This document shows positions 8,973 through 18,040 of a stretch of 64,000 bases of DNA, one piece after another. Source of the stretch: a virus; the IMG/VR virus record IMGVR_UViG_3300045282_000183, positions 5,181-69,180 of that record. One strand, given 5' to 3'. The notes beneath the pieces were generated by a model. It worked only from the letters and a program-made list of their open reading frames with translations. It did not search any database and was not told the origin of the DNA. Both the position numbers and the translations under genes were made by a program. The stretch's first letter is position 1. Every line of letters starts with the position of its first letter.

Positions 8973-10535
8973 ATGGCCGGAGAGCCGACGATCTATCTCG
9001 GACCACCCGGAACGGGGAAAACTACGACGCTGCTCGGCGTCGTCGACGAGGAGCTGGCGCGCGGCACCGAGCCAGAGCGCATCGCGTTCATCTCCTTCAC
9101 GACGAAGGCGGCGAACGAGGCGCGCGACAGGGCCTGCGCGCGTTTCGGGCTGGACCGTAGTCGGTTTTTTCACTTCCGCACGATGCATTCGCTGTGCTTC
9201 CGGGCGCTGGGTCTCACGAGCAGTGACGTGCTCGCCGGAAAACGGTTCCAGGAGTTCGCAGACTGGGCTGGCGTGCGCGTGACCGGCAGAGCGTGGTCAG
9301 ACGACGAGATGCTGGAGGGTTTCGAGACCGGTGACCGCATCCTGTTCATGGAGAACCTCGCGCGCATCAGGCGCGTGCCGCTGCGCGCCCTGTACGACGC
9401 GGACGACGACAACCTGAGCTGGATGGAGCTAGACCGCGTGGCGCGAGCGCTCGCGGAGTACAAGGCGCGACACGGGCTGCTGGACTACACTGACTTCCTG
9501 ACCGAGTTCGTTCGCCGCAAGCCGCGCGTCAACATCGACGTGCTCATAGGCGACGAGGCACAGGACTTCTCCGCGCTCCAGTGGCAGGTATTCTGGCAGC
9601 TCGCGCGCGGCGCGCGCCGAGCCTGCGTGGCCGGCGACGATGATCAGGCCATTTACGCTTGGGCCGGTGCCGACGTCGATCACCTCATCGACCTGAAGGG
9701 TGACGCCCGCGTTCTTGGTCAGTCGTGGCGGTGCCCCCCCGTCATCCAGAAGATGGGCCGGACCATCATCGAGGAGGTCAAGCACCGCAGGCCGAAGGAG
9801 TGGAAGGCTCGCGCGGGGGAGCGGGGGGTCGCCAGCAGGGTCGGGCGCTTCGAGCACGCGAAGCTGGACGACGACTGGGAGGATGACGACGAGAAGCACG
9901 AGCGTCCGCCCGTGCTCGTGCTGGCGCGGAACGTGTACGTGCTGCGGCGAGACGTGGAGCCTGCGCTGCGGGCGCGCGGCGTGGTCTTCGAGACCAGCAC
10001 GGGCAAGTCCAGCCTCGACCTCGGCGCGCTGGAGGCGGCCGAGACGTGGACGCGGCTGGGTGCCGGACACGACGTGACGCTGCGCGCGGCGCGCGTCATG
10101 TATGAGTATCTCTCGATGACAACGGGATACAAGAAGGGAAACAAGAAGCTGCCGAGGCTGGGTGAGGACGAGGAGGGCGTGGTCAGCGGTCACGAGCTCG
10201 TGGCGTTCGGCGGTCTTCGCATGAGCCTGAACGTGCCGTGGCACGCGGCGCTGGAGAAGATCGCGCCGGAGGACGTGAGCTACATGCGGTTGGCGCGGGC
10301 GCGCGGCGAACGGCTGCGCGGCAGACCCCGGATCCGCATAAGCACCATTCACAGCGCCAAGGGTGGCGAGGCGTCGCACGTGGTCCTCATGACCGAAATG
10401 GCGAAGCGTACGGCGCAGGAGATGGAGAAGAGACCTGACGACGAGCGTCGTGTCTGGTACGTTGGGGTTACGCGGGCCAAGCGACGCATCACGATCGTGA
10501 GCCCGAACGAGGGGAGGTACTGCCCGTGGCTGTAA
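8973..10535 (+). CDS. UvrD/Rep-like SF1 helicase
   Basis: GPPGTGKTT, DEAQD, GDDDQAIY, STIHSAKGGE, YVGVTRAK. Confidence 0.93.
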   Translation: MAGEPTIYLGPPGTGKTTTLLGVVDEELARGTEPERIAFISFTTKAANEARDRACARFGLDRSRFFHFRTMHSLCFRALGLTSSDVLAGKRFQEFADWAGVRVTGRAWSDDEMLEGFETGDRILFMENLARIRRVPLRALYDADDDNLSWMELDRVARALAEYKARHGLLDYTDFLTEFVRRKPRVNIDVLIGDEAQDFSALQWQVFWQLARGARRACVAGDDDQAIYAWAGADVDHLIDLKGDARVLGQSWRCPPVIQKMGRTIIEEVKHRRPKEWKARAGERGVASRVGRFEHAKLDDDWEDDDEKHERPPVLVLARNVYVLRRDVEPALRARGVVFETSTGKSSLDLGALEAAETWTRLGAGHDVTLRAARVMYEYLSMTTGYKKGNKKLPRLGEDEEGVVSGHELVAFGGLRMSLNVPWHAALEKIAPEDVSYMRLARARGERLRGRPRIRISTIHSAKGGEASHVVLMTEMAKRTAQEMEKRPDDERRVWYVGVTRAKRRITIVSPNEGRYCPWL

Positions 10536-10792
10536 GTGAAACTATCACGTTGAAACCGGGCCCAGACATCAAGGTCGAATTGCAGCACTACATGCTGAAG
10601 ATCTGGATCAATGGCCTGCTGCATCTGGCGATACCGCGAGGCAGAATATCCGTTCAGTCGTGGCGCGACGGCCCGCATCACTTCAGCATTCAGTATTATC
10701 TCGAGAATGGACAGTGTATCACGTCTGAGTACGATGACGCGGAGAAGTGGAAGATGATCCTTCGGGGTCTTGACGATCAGCTACATCTGTAA
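10526..10792 (+). CDS. hypothetical protein
   Basis: ORF filling operon gap; lower GC. Confidence 0.55.
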   Translation: MAVSETITLKPGPDIKVELQHYMLKIWINGLLHLAIPRGRISVQSWRDGPHHFSIQYYLENGQCITSEYDDAEKWKMILRGLDDQLHL

Positions 10793-10809
10793 ACAGAGGA
10801 GGGAAGTTA

Positions 10810-11346
10810 ATGCTCGACTGCATGACAGACTTGGAGACGTGGGGCGTGCGGCCCGGCTGCGCGATCCGCAGCGTCGGGGCGGCGATGTTCTCGACGCGCG
10901 GCACCGGGCACGGCGAGACGTTCTACATGAACGTGATGCTGGAGGACCAGAAGAAGCTGGGTCTGCGCGTGGACCCGAACACGGAGGCGTGGTGGAGCCT
11001 GCCGAAGATGCAGGACGCCGCCAAGGTGTTCGAGAAGGATCCTCGGCCGCCCCGGGAGGTCGCCAGCGCGTTCGTGGACTGGTGGCAGGCGCAGGGTGCG
11101 CGGCGCTTCTGGTCGCAGGGCGGCAACTTCGACGACCCGATCCTGACCGCGTTCCTGGAGGCGTGCGGCGAGAAGCCGCCGTGGAAGTTCTGGGACGGAC
11201 GCTGTACGCGCACGGCCTACGCGATGGGCGACGTCGAGTTCAACAGGGTTCCGCGTCTCGGGGTCGCTCATCACGCGCTCGACGACTGCAAGCATCAGAT
11301 CCGGTGCGTGCAGATGGCCTACTCCAACCTCAAGCTGAAGGACTGA
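10810..11346 (+). CDS. DEDDh 3'-5' exonuclease (Rv2179c/ExoVIII-like)
   Basis: DLETW, GNFDDPIL, HHALDDC. Confidence 0.88.
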   Translation: MLDCMTDLETWGVRPGCAIRSVGAAMFSTRGTGHGETFYMNVMLEDQKKLGLRVDPNTEAWWSLPKMQDAAKVFEKDPRPPREVASAFVDWWQAQGARRFWSQGGNFDDPILTAFLEACGEKPPWKFWDGRCTRTAYAMGDVEFNRVPRLGVAHHALDDCKHQIRCVQMAYSNLKLKD

Positions 11347-11350
11347 CAAC

Positions 11351-11725
11351 ATGAGACTGACAAGGACATTGCTCATCGCCACCGCGCTGCTCGTCGCCGG
11401 ACCCGTCGTCGCAGTCGAGCTGGACAAGAAGATCACGAACCTCGACGGCACGGCGATCGTCGACGACAAGGGCAAGGAGATGGATCTCACGATCCGGACC
11501 GTGATCATCAACGCCTTGATGTCACCGCGCGCGGACAAGCAGGACGAGACCGGCGTGGACAAGGTGAAGCGCGCCGAGCTGGCGCGGCGCGTGCTCCAGG
11601 ACAAGGACGGTTCCTACAAGTACACGGCCGAGGAGATCGCGCTCATGAAGGAATTGATCAACAAGAACTATCCGTCGCCTCTCGTGGTGGATCAGGCGTG
11701 GCGCGCACTGGAGAGCAACAAGTGA
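11351..11725 (+). CDS. hypothetical protein with predicted signal peptide
   Basis: MRLTRTLLIATALLVAGPVVA then a helical domain. Confidence 0.65.
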   Translation: MRLTRTLLIATALLVAGPVVAVELDKKITNLDGTAIVDDKGKEMDLTIRTVIINALMSPRADKQDETGVDKVKRAELARRVLQDKDGSYKYTAEEIALMKELINKNYPSPLVVDQAWRALESNK

Positions 11726-12639
11726 AGAACGCCGCCAAGTTCTACGCCTACGCGCGGGAGAGATACAACATATTTCTCTTGCGCGAGAAGGGTGTCCCGC
11801 CGCCTTGGACGAAGGACCAGATCCTTCGCGCAGGACGTTTCTGCAATGTTTTTCGTGAAGATGACAAGACGACGCGGTGGTTCCGGCAGCACGTGCGCGA
11901 GCGGTACATGAACAAGGACGAGGTTCTGCTCGCGACCGTTGTATTCCGCATGTTCAATCGGATCACGACCGGCGAGGCTATCTTCAACCAGATGATGTTG
12001 CCGTCGAGTCGTTTCAAGAAGAATGACATGTGTGCATTCGACATCTTTGCAGCCACGGGCGACCCGGAGATCTTGCGTTCGGCCGTGCTGGCGCTCATGC
12101 CATCAGGTCCGTATTGTACGGGGGCATATATCATCAGCAGTCCACCCGGCTACACTAAGCTGGAGGGAGTGCTGGAGGTCTTGGCTCGCTTCTGTCAGAA
12201 CTCCGGCTGGCAGGAATGGCTGCATACGGCTGGAGGGCCGCGCGCCAACGAGTGCACATTGGAGGCCGCGCACGACTGGCTCCGGGAGCAGGAATATTTC
12301 GGCAACTTCCACGCCTACGAGATTGTGACGGACCTGCGTCACACGCCGCTGCTCGATCAGGCCCCGGACATCATGACTTGGGCCAGCCCGGGTCCTGGAG
12401 CACGGCGGGGGGTGAACAGGATATGGGGTCTGCCGCACAAGGACAAGACACTTGCAAGGCCCCAGTTAATCGAGAAGATGCGAGAGTTGCTGTCGTTGTC
12501 AAGAGATGCCAGAATGTGGCCTAGTGAGTGGCCTGCCATGGAACTCAGAGACATCGAGCATCTAACTTGCGAGTGGGACAAATATTCCAGAGTGAAACTT
12601 GGTCAGGGCAAGCTGAAGGGGAAATTTGACGGTGGCTAG
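11722..12639 (+). CDS. 5-hydroxymethyl-dU DNA kinase (aGPT-Pplase1 family)
   Basis: ERYNIF...PWTKDQIL...RFCNVFREDDKTT, FRMFN, AYEIVTDL, GPGARRG, DIEHLTCEWDKY. Confidence 0.88.
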   Translation: MKNAAKFYAYARERYNIFLLREKGVPPPWTKDQILRAGRFCNVFREDDKTTRWFRQHVRERYMNKDEVLLATVVFRMFNRITTGEAIFNQMMLPSSRFKKNDMCAFDIFAATGDPEILRSAVLALMPSGPYCTGAYIISSPPGYTKLEGVLEVLARFCQNSGWQEWLHTAGGPRANECTLEAAHDWLREQEYFGNFHAYEIVTDLRHTPLLDQAPDIMTWASPGPGARRGVNRIWGLPHKDKTLARPQLIEKMRELLSLSRDARMWPSEWPAMELRDIEHLTCEWDKYSRVKLGQGKLKGKFDGG

Positions 12640-13240
12640 TGGTGTGCACATGATACGGAACACGGTGAACGGCAAGATGTACGTTGGCTCCGCCAAGCGT
12701 CTTGCCAATCGCTGGTCTGTGCACGTCGCTACGTTGAAGAAGGGTCGGCATCACTCGAAGAAGTTGCAGCGGGCATGGAACAAATACGGTGCACGAGCAT
12801 TCGTGTTCGAAGTACTGATCACCTGCGATATTAAGCACGCAGTCAAGATCGAACAGGACTTTATGAACAAGCTGGATGTCGTGAAGAACGGATACAATGT
12901 CCATCCAAATGCGCGCTCGGCCTTGGGACGAAAACACAATAAGATGACACGAGCCAGAATGTCTGCGAGTGCCGTGCTCGTGGCGTCGAGTGTGTCTGAG
13001 AGAAAACGAAGATCACAGCGCGCGAAGGCGCAGCACGTGGCGGGCAAGTTTGGTCAAAAGACCTGGACGCGCCCAGCGAGATACAATCCAATCAGCGCTG
13101 TGGCTGGCGCGAAGGCGTTGAAATCTTGCACGCGCGACAAGCGATGGGTCGCTAAGAGAGCCAAGAACGCTGTCGCTGCACGCCGACATTTCTACAATGT
13201 TCACACAAGACAAGTGGAACTGATGAGGAAATACAGATGA
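12626..13240 (+). mobile_element. free-standing GIY-YIG homing endonuclease
   Basis: SGVHMIRNTVNGKMYVGSA...R...H...E...GYN; lower GC. Confidence 0.85.
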
Positions 13241-13458
13241 GCAAGCGCATTACGTGGTACGTGACAGTCAAGAAGATCGAGGAACGCTTCGTGCGGCGCT
13301 GGGTGAAGGGTGTCGGCAACGAGGCCGTGTTCTCCAAGGACTCCGAGGGATGGTACGTCGTGTTCGCAGAGTGGGCCGCCGCAGCCCACGTCGGCAAGGA
13401 CAAGCCCGACTTCGAGCCGGGTGATTGTGTCAAGATGACAATGGAGAAGGTGTCATGA
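13237..13458 (+). CDS. hypothetical protein
   Basis: Coupled ORF. Confidence 0.55.
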   Translation: MSKRITWYVTVKKIEERFVRRWVKGVGNEAVFSKDSEGWYVVFAEWAAAAHVGKDKPDFEPGDCVKMTMEKVS

Positions 13459-14423
13459 GGAACGCCAAGATGTTCAGTTTCGTGCGCGTCAGCGAGAACA
13501 GCATGGTCGCGAGCGTTCGCATCGCGCGCTGGCTGTCGAACTACCTGAGCGTCGAGCTCGTCGACGACGAGCGTATAGCGGACAAGGTGCTCGACACCCT
13601 GATCATCATCAACGGAGCCTACGGCTTCTGCAAGTATCTCGCTCCTCTGGGCGAGGCCATCTACGACGCGCGACGCGTGATCTGGGCGCAGAACGACTAC
13701 ACCATCATCCCGCCGAAGGACGAGGGCGACGCCGAGTCTCCGTTCCGGAAGGCGTTCGTGCGCCGGAAGGAGATGGGCAAGCTGCCGACCATCTTCTGGT
13801 CCACCTGCGAGAAGTGGGCGTCGCGCAAGGGCTCGCACTACGTGAACTGGAACATGCTGACGTTCGACGAGAAGTACGACCAGAAGAAGGTCGAGCATCG
13901 ACGCAGTCTCGTCCCGCACGACACGCTTCTGTACTACGGCAGCTTCCGGGACGGAAGCGGCAAGTCCAGTCGCGTGTCGTTGTTCGATCGGTACTTCCGG
14001 AACCCCGAAGTCCAGACCGTGATCAGCAGCCCGTCGCCGAAGTTCGCCGAGCGATACCCGAACTGTCGATGCGTCGGCGTGATCGAGGACCCGTTCTACG
14101 CGGGGCTCGCCATGCACGGTCTCGGCCTCTACATCGAGGACCGCAAGTCCAGCGAGGAGTTCCACTCGCCCGCGAACCGCTTCTACGAGATGCTGTCGGC
14201 CGGGCTGCCGATGGTGTTCCAGCCGGAGGCTGGCTCCATGCTGCGACGCGCGGGCTTCGACCCGAGCCACTACGAGGTTCACAACGCGCGCGACGTCGTG
14301 AAGTTTATGGAGCGCCGCGAGACCATCGGCGAGGCGCAGCGTCGCGCGTGGATCGAGAGCAAGACCGGATTCCGCAACCGGCTGATCAGTCAGGTCGCCG
14401 AGGCGCTGGAGGCGCTGCCGTGA
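13455..14423 (+). CDS. GT-B fold glycosyltransferase, T4 beta-glucosyltransferase-like
   Basis: LLYYGSFRDG resembles BGT IYGGSFRSG; NRFYEMLSAGLPMV resembles the nucleotide-sugar-binding helix. Confidence 0.7.
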   Translation: MRNAKMFSFVRVSENSMVASVRIARWLSNYLSVELVDDERIADKVLDTLIIINGAYGFCKYLAPLGEAIYDARRVIWAQNDYTIIPPKDEGDAESPFRKAFVRRKEMGKLPTIFWSTCEKWASRKGSHYVNWNMLTFDEKYDQKKVEHRRSLVPHDTLLYYGSFRDGSGKSSRVSLFDRYFRNPEVQTVISSPSPKFAERYPNCRCVGVIEDPFYAGLAMHGLGLYIEDRKSSEEFHSPANRFYEMLSAGLPMVFQPEAGSMLRRAGFDPSHYEVHNARDVVKFMERRETIGEAQRRAWIESKTGFRNRLISQVAEALEALP

Positions 14424-14665
14424 CGCAGTACGTCGACAAGTGTTTGCTGTGTAAGGGCGACTCCGGTGTCGTCGACAGTAGACCTGTCGGTGAGACCGTG
14501 CGCCGAAGAAGAAAGTGCTTGTCATGTTGGGAGCGCTGGACAATATTCGAAGTGAGACGTGAGGATAGAAAAGACGTGAGAGTAGATGCTGTCCGAATAA
14601 ATCGTCTGAGACTAGCTGCCGAGTTTCTAACCGAGATAGCCACCAACTTGGAGCAGAAAACATGA
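14420..14665 (+). CDS. NrdR-like N-terminal zinc-ribbon protein (no ATP cone)
   Basis: CLLC...VVDSR...VRRRRKCLSCWERWTIFE. Confidence 0.8.
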   Translation: MTQYVDKCLLCKGDSGVVDSRPVGETVRRRRKCLSCWERWTIFEVRREDRKDVRVDAVRINRLRLAAEFLTEIATNLEQKT

Positions 14666-15210
14666 TCATCTCCCTGCGAGGCACGTCCGGCAGCGGCAAG
14701 TCCACGCTCGTGCGCAAGATCACGGCGCTCTACGAGGACGGAGGCACGCCCTTCTTCGTGGACGGCAGGAAGAAGGCGTACTACACGACGCACAACCGGG
14801 GCGGCGGGCGCGGGACGGCGCTGGTCGTGCCCGGGCACTACGACATTGCGAACGGTGGCATCGACACGCTGAAGTCACTGGACGAGGCCTATGAGATCGC
14901 GAGTCGCGCCGACAATGACGGCCACGACGTGCTCATGGAGGGCAAGAACATGAGCGACGGGCCACCGCACGCCTTGACGCTGTGCAGGGACGGGCGCGAC
15001 GTGCGCGTGGTGCACATACTGGAGCCGGTCTGGAAGTGCTATCACGCGGTGCGCAAGCGCGGGCATCACATACAGATGGAGACCATCGTACGGACACACG
15101 AGAAGTGCCTGCGCGACGTTCAGACTTTTCGCACGCTCGGTCTCGAGCACGTGCGACAGGAGGGGAGAGAGAAGTGCCTCGAGATCGTGAAGTGGTGGCT
15201 GGCGCTGTGA
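14662..15210 (+). CDS. P-loop nucleotide kinase associated with base modification
   Basis: LRGTSGSGKST, GGIDTL, VLMEG. Confidence 0.75.
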   Translation: MIISLRGTSGSGKSTLVRKITALYEDGGTPFFVDGRKKAYYTTHNRGGGRGTALVVPGHYDIANGGIDTLKSLDEAYEIASRADNDGHDVLMEGKNMSDGPPHALTLCRDGRDVRVVHILEPVWKCYHAVRKRGHHIQMETIVRTHEKCLRDVQTFRTLGLEHVRQEGREKCLEIVKWWLAL

Positions 15211-15791
15211 CAGTCGAGAAACCCATGCTGATCGGCATGTGCAACCCCGTGTCCCAAGAGCCGGGACACGAGCTCTACCCGCATCCGGACGGCTGCACCG
15301 GCCATCGGCTGTGGAAGATGCTCCAGGAGCGCCTGCCGCACGTGTCGCGGCGACACTACCTCGAGACGTTCGAGCGGCGCAATCTCGTGTGCGGCGTCGC
15401 GTGGAACCGCGCGCTTGGCCGGGCCGAGGCCGATCGCATCTACGCCGAGCTCTGGGGCAGCAGACGCACCGTCGTTCTCCTCGGCGAGGACGTGCGCCGC
15501 GCGTTCGGGCACCCCCGGCTTCTCGTCGAGCCGCAGGTGATCGGGGGTTGCACGTGGCGGCAGCTTCCGCATCCCAGTGGTCGCAATCTCTGGTACAACA
15601 GCCCGAACCATCGCAAGATGGCGGGCACACTGATGGAGGAGCTCTATGTGGCGTATCACCGTGATGATGATCATGTTCGTGCTGATCGGGATCGCTCTGC
15701 TGCGGCTGGAGCCGCTGCCGATCGTGATCAGCGGCGACGACGCGGTGCCGCTGCTCGCCGAGCGAAGGACGACGGCGTCGAGTATGAGTAG
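15207..15791 (+). CDS. uracil-DNA glycosylase superfamily protein
   Basis: LIGMCNP, TGHRL, VVLLGE, LPHPSGRNLWYN. Confidence 0.7.
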   Translation: MTVEKPMLIGMCNPVSQEPGHELYPHPDGCTGHRLWKMLQERLPHVSRRHYLETFERRNLVCGVAWNRALGRAEADRIYAELWGSRRTVVLLGEDVRRAFGHPRLLVEPQVIGGCTWRQLPHPSGRNLWYNSPNHRKMAGTLMEELYVAYHRDDDHVRADRDRSAAAGAAADRDQRRRRGAAARRAKDDGVEYE

Positions 15792-15924
15792 TGGCGCACC
15801 GATCTGCGCGCAGATGGTCGTGACGGGTGGTGGCGGCGCGTCCGGGACGACGGTGTTGGTGCCGTGCGCGACGAGTGCGACCAGCGGAACTTGGGTAACG
15901 ACAACTAGAAAGGGAGGAGACTGA
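15646..15924 (+). CDS. small membrane/exported protein
   Basis: GGAGG SD; hydrophobic N-terminus; overlaps UDG tail. Confidence 0.45.
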   Translation: MWRITVMMIMFVLIGIALLRLEPLPIVISGDDAVPLLAERRTTASSMSSGAPICAQMVVTGGGGASGTTVLVPCATSATSGTWVTTTRKGGD

Positions 15925-15925
15925 C

Positions 15926-17035
15926 ATGTACGTACTCATCGAGCGAAACGTGTGCGACTTGCTGCCGAGAGGTCTCGGGTTCATGCGCGACAAGCCTCGC
16001 GAGAAGACCCGGAACGGCGATGCGCTGGTGGCTCCGGCTCCGGTGATGTCGGTCTACCAGCGACCGACCGAGCGCGTGCTGCGCAGTCCGCAGCGCGACG
16101 CCAATCCATTCTTCCACCTGATCGAGAGCCTGTGGATGCTGGCCGGTCGTGACGACGTGGCGACGCTGAACCACTACGTCGGTGACTTCGGCGGGCGCTA
16201 CGCCGAGGAGGACGGCCGGGTCCACGGCGCGTATGGTCATCGGTGGCGCGTCGGGCTGGGGTTTGATCAGCTCGACGTGATCGTGAGACGTCTGCTCGAG
16301 AACCCGAGTGACCGGCAGTGTGTTCTGCAGATGTGGGACGCGCGAGCCGACACGTTGCATCAGGACGGCTTCGACGACCTGCTTGGTGACTGGAAGGACC
16401 GCCCGTGCAACACGCACGTCTACTTCCGGGTGCGGACCGTGCCGATTGATCCTATCATGTACGGCGATGGTGTCGTTCTGCCGCGCTACGAGTACGTGCT
16501 CGACATGACCGTGTGCTGTCGCAGCAACGACGTGGTCTTGGGTGCGTACGGTGCGAACGCCGTGCACTTCAGCATGCTCCAGGAGTACGTGGCCGGGCGA
16601 GTGCGGACGCAGGTCGGCACGATGTATCAGCTCTCGAACAACTATCACGTCTACGTCGATCAGCTCGCGAAGATGGAAAAGCGTCTGTTCGACGGCAAGC
16701 CGACGCAGAACCTCGCGAATGAAATGCAGCCCTACGGCGTGGGTGTCGGCTGGGAGGCCGAGCCGATCGGCGAGCACTGGGGCGCGTGGGACGATGATCT
16801 GCACGCATTCATGGAGTGTCACGACGTGCTGTGGAGCATTCCCGCTCCATCACTCGAAATGAGGGCGGAGGTGAGTAACAGGTGGTTCGCGCAGGTGGCC
16901 TGGAAGGTGGCGTTCGCCTACTTCTGTCACAAGCACGATCGTCGCGACGAGGCGCTCGCTGTGGCCGGGCAGATCGAGGCCGGCGACTGGCGCGGCGCGT
17001 GCGTGGAGTGGCTGCTGCGGAGGTACGCGCGATGA
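15926..17035 (+). CDS. thymidylate synthase homolog, probable dUMP hydroxymethylase
   Basis: ANPFFH, GAYGHRW, DRPCN, RSNDVVLGAYGANAVHFS (Asn at dUMP-specificity position), NNYHVY. Confidence 0.88.
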   Translation: MYVLIERNVCDLLPRGLGFMRDKPREKTRNGDALVAPAPVMSVYQRPTERVLRSPQRDANPFFHLIESLWMLAGRDDVATLNHYVGDFGGRYAEEDGRVHGAYGHRWRVGLGFDQLDVIVRRLLENPSDRQCVLQMWDARADTLHQDGFDDLLGDWKDRPCNTHVYFRVRTVPIDPIMYGDGVVLPRYEYVLDMTVCCRSNDVVLGAYGANAVHFSMLQEYVAGRVRTQVGTMYQLSNNYHVYVDQLAKMEKRLFDGKPTQNLANEMQPYGVGVGWEAEPIGEHWGAWDDDLHAFMECHDVLWSIPAPSLEMRAEVSNRWFAQVAWKVAFAYFCHKHDRRDEALAVAGQIEAGDWRGACVEWLLRRYAR

Positions 17036-17604
17036 TCAACCTCTCGGAGGATCCGCGCGCGGCGCTCGAGCTGACGCGCTATCACTCGTGGCGACGACTG
17101 CGCGATCAGTCGGTTGGCGAGCACTCGTGCCAGATCATGAGAATACTTCTCACGGTGTGGCCCGATTGTCCTCGTCGAATGCTCGTGTACGCCGTGACGC
17201 ACGACATGGGCGAGATGGCCGGGGACATTCAGTATCCGTACAAGCTGAAGTACCCCGAACTCAAGCCACTCATGGACCGGGTGGAAAAGGACGTGGTCGG
17301 TGTCATGCGCGACGGGCTGGGTGCACCCCCAGCCGTGATGTTATCGAAATATGAGCTTGACGTATTCAAGATCGTGGAATTTGTGGAGATGTTCGAGTAT
17401 GGTCTCTCTGAACAAGGAATGGGAAATCAGTATGCTCGTATCATCTCTTCCCGATGTATATTGGCAGCGTCTGAGTTGATGGGCAGACTGGAACCCGGTG
17501 ATGCACTCGACATCAGACCGGCGATAAAGAGGTATGTAGATGCGCGCGCGGAATGGGAAGGGCAAAATCAAAACACTACCGCTTCCGACAAGAAAGAGAC
17601 TTAG
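17032..17604 (+). CDS. HD-domain 5'-deoxynucleotidase-like protein
   Basis: TRYH...QSVGEHS...HDMGE (YfbR-like). Confidence 0.8.
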   Translation: MINLSEDPRAALELTRYHSWRRLRDQSVGEHSCQIMRILLTVWPDCPRRMLVYAVTHDMGEMAGDIQYPYKLKYPELKPLMDRVEKDVVGVMRDGLGAPPAVMLSKYELDVFKIVEFVEMFEYGLSEQGMGNQYARIISSRCILAASELMGRLEPGDALDIRPAIKRYVDARAEWEGQNQNTTASDKKET

Positions 17605-18040
17605 AGAACTATTCATCTACGACGAGAAGCGTGGTGTTCTCATAAATCGAGTGAGCTACGGCCACAGATTTGCCGGAGCGATCGTGGGAAGGCCAGACAG
17701 ATGCGGCGCGTTGCAGGCGATGGTAGACGGAAAGTTGTACTTCGTGCATCGCCTGATTTGGAAATACGTGAAAGGAAAAGATCCCAAGCACACGATAGAT
17801 CATAAGAACCGAAAATGTGATTTTAACCAGGCTTCTAATCTTCGAGACTTCACGATGCGACAGCAAGGATACAACAGAAAATTAAGTAAAAAGAACAAAT
17901 CTGGCGTGGCTGGAGTATTCAAGATGGGAGACGGGAGATGGAGAGTTCGCATCGGAGAAACTGGGTTGGGGAAATACCGTTCCAAGCGTGAAGCAATAAG
18001 AGTCCGAAGACAAGCAGAACAAATGGAGACACAGCGATGA
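17540..18040 (+). mobile_element. HNH homing endonuclease with AP2-like C-terminus
   Basis: VHRLIW...IDHKNR...NQASNLR, NKSGVAGV...WRVRI; AT-rich. Confidence 0.88.

Noticed and set aside
12626-13240. Group I intron around the GIY-YIG or HNH genes
   Set aside because: Flanking genes look complete and overlap the endonuclease ORFs, leaving no room for a ribozyme core
15926-17035. dCMP hydroxymethylase (T4-like glucosyl-hmC pathway)
   Set aside because: Asn rather than Asp at the specificity position and a linked 5hmdU kinase favour dUMP, though this is not proven
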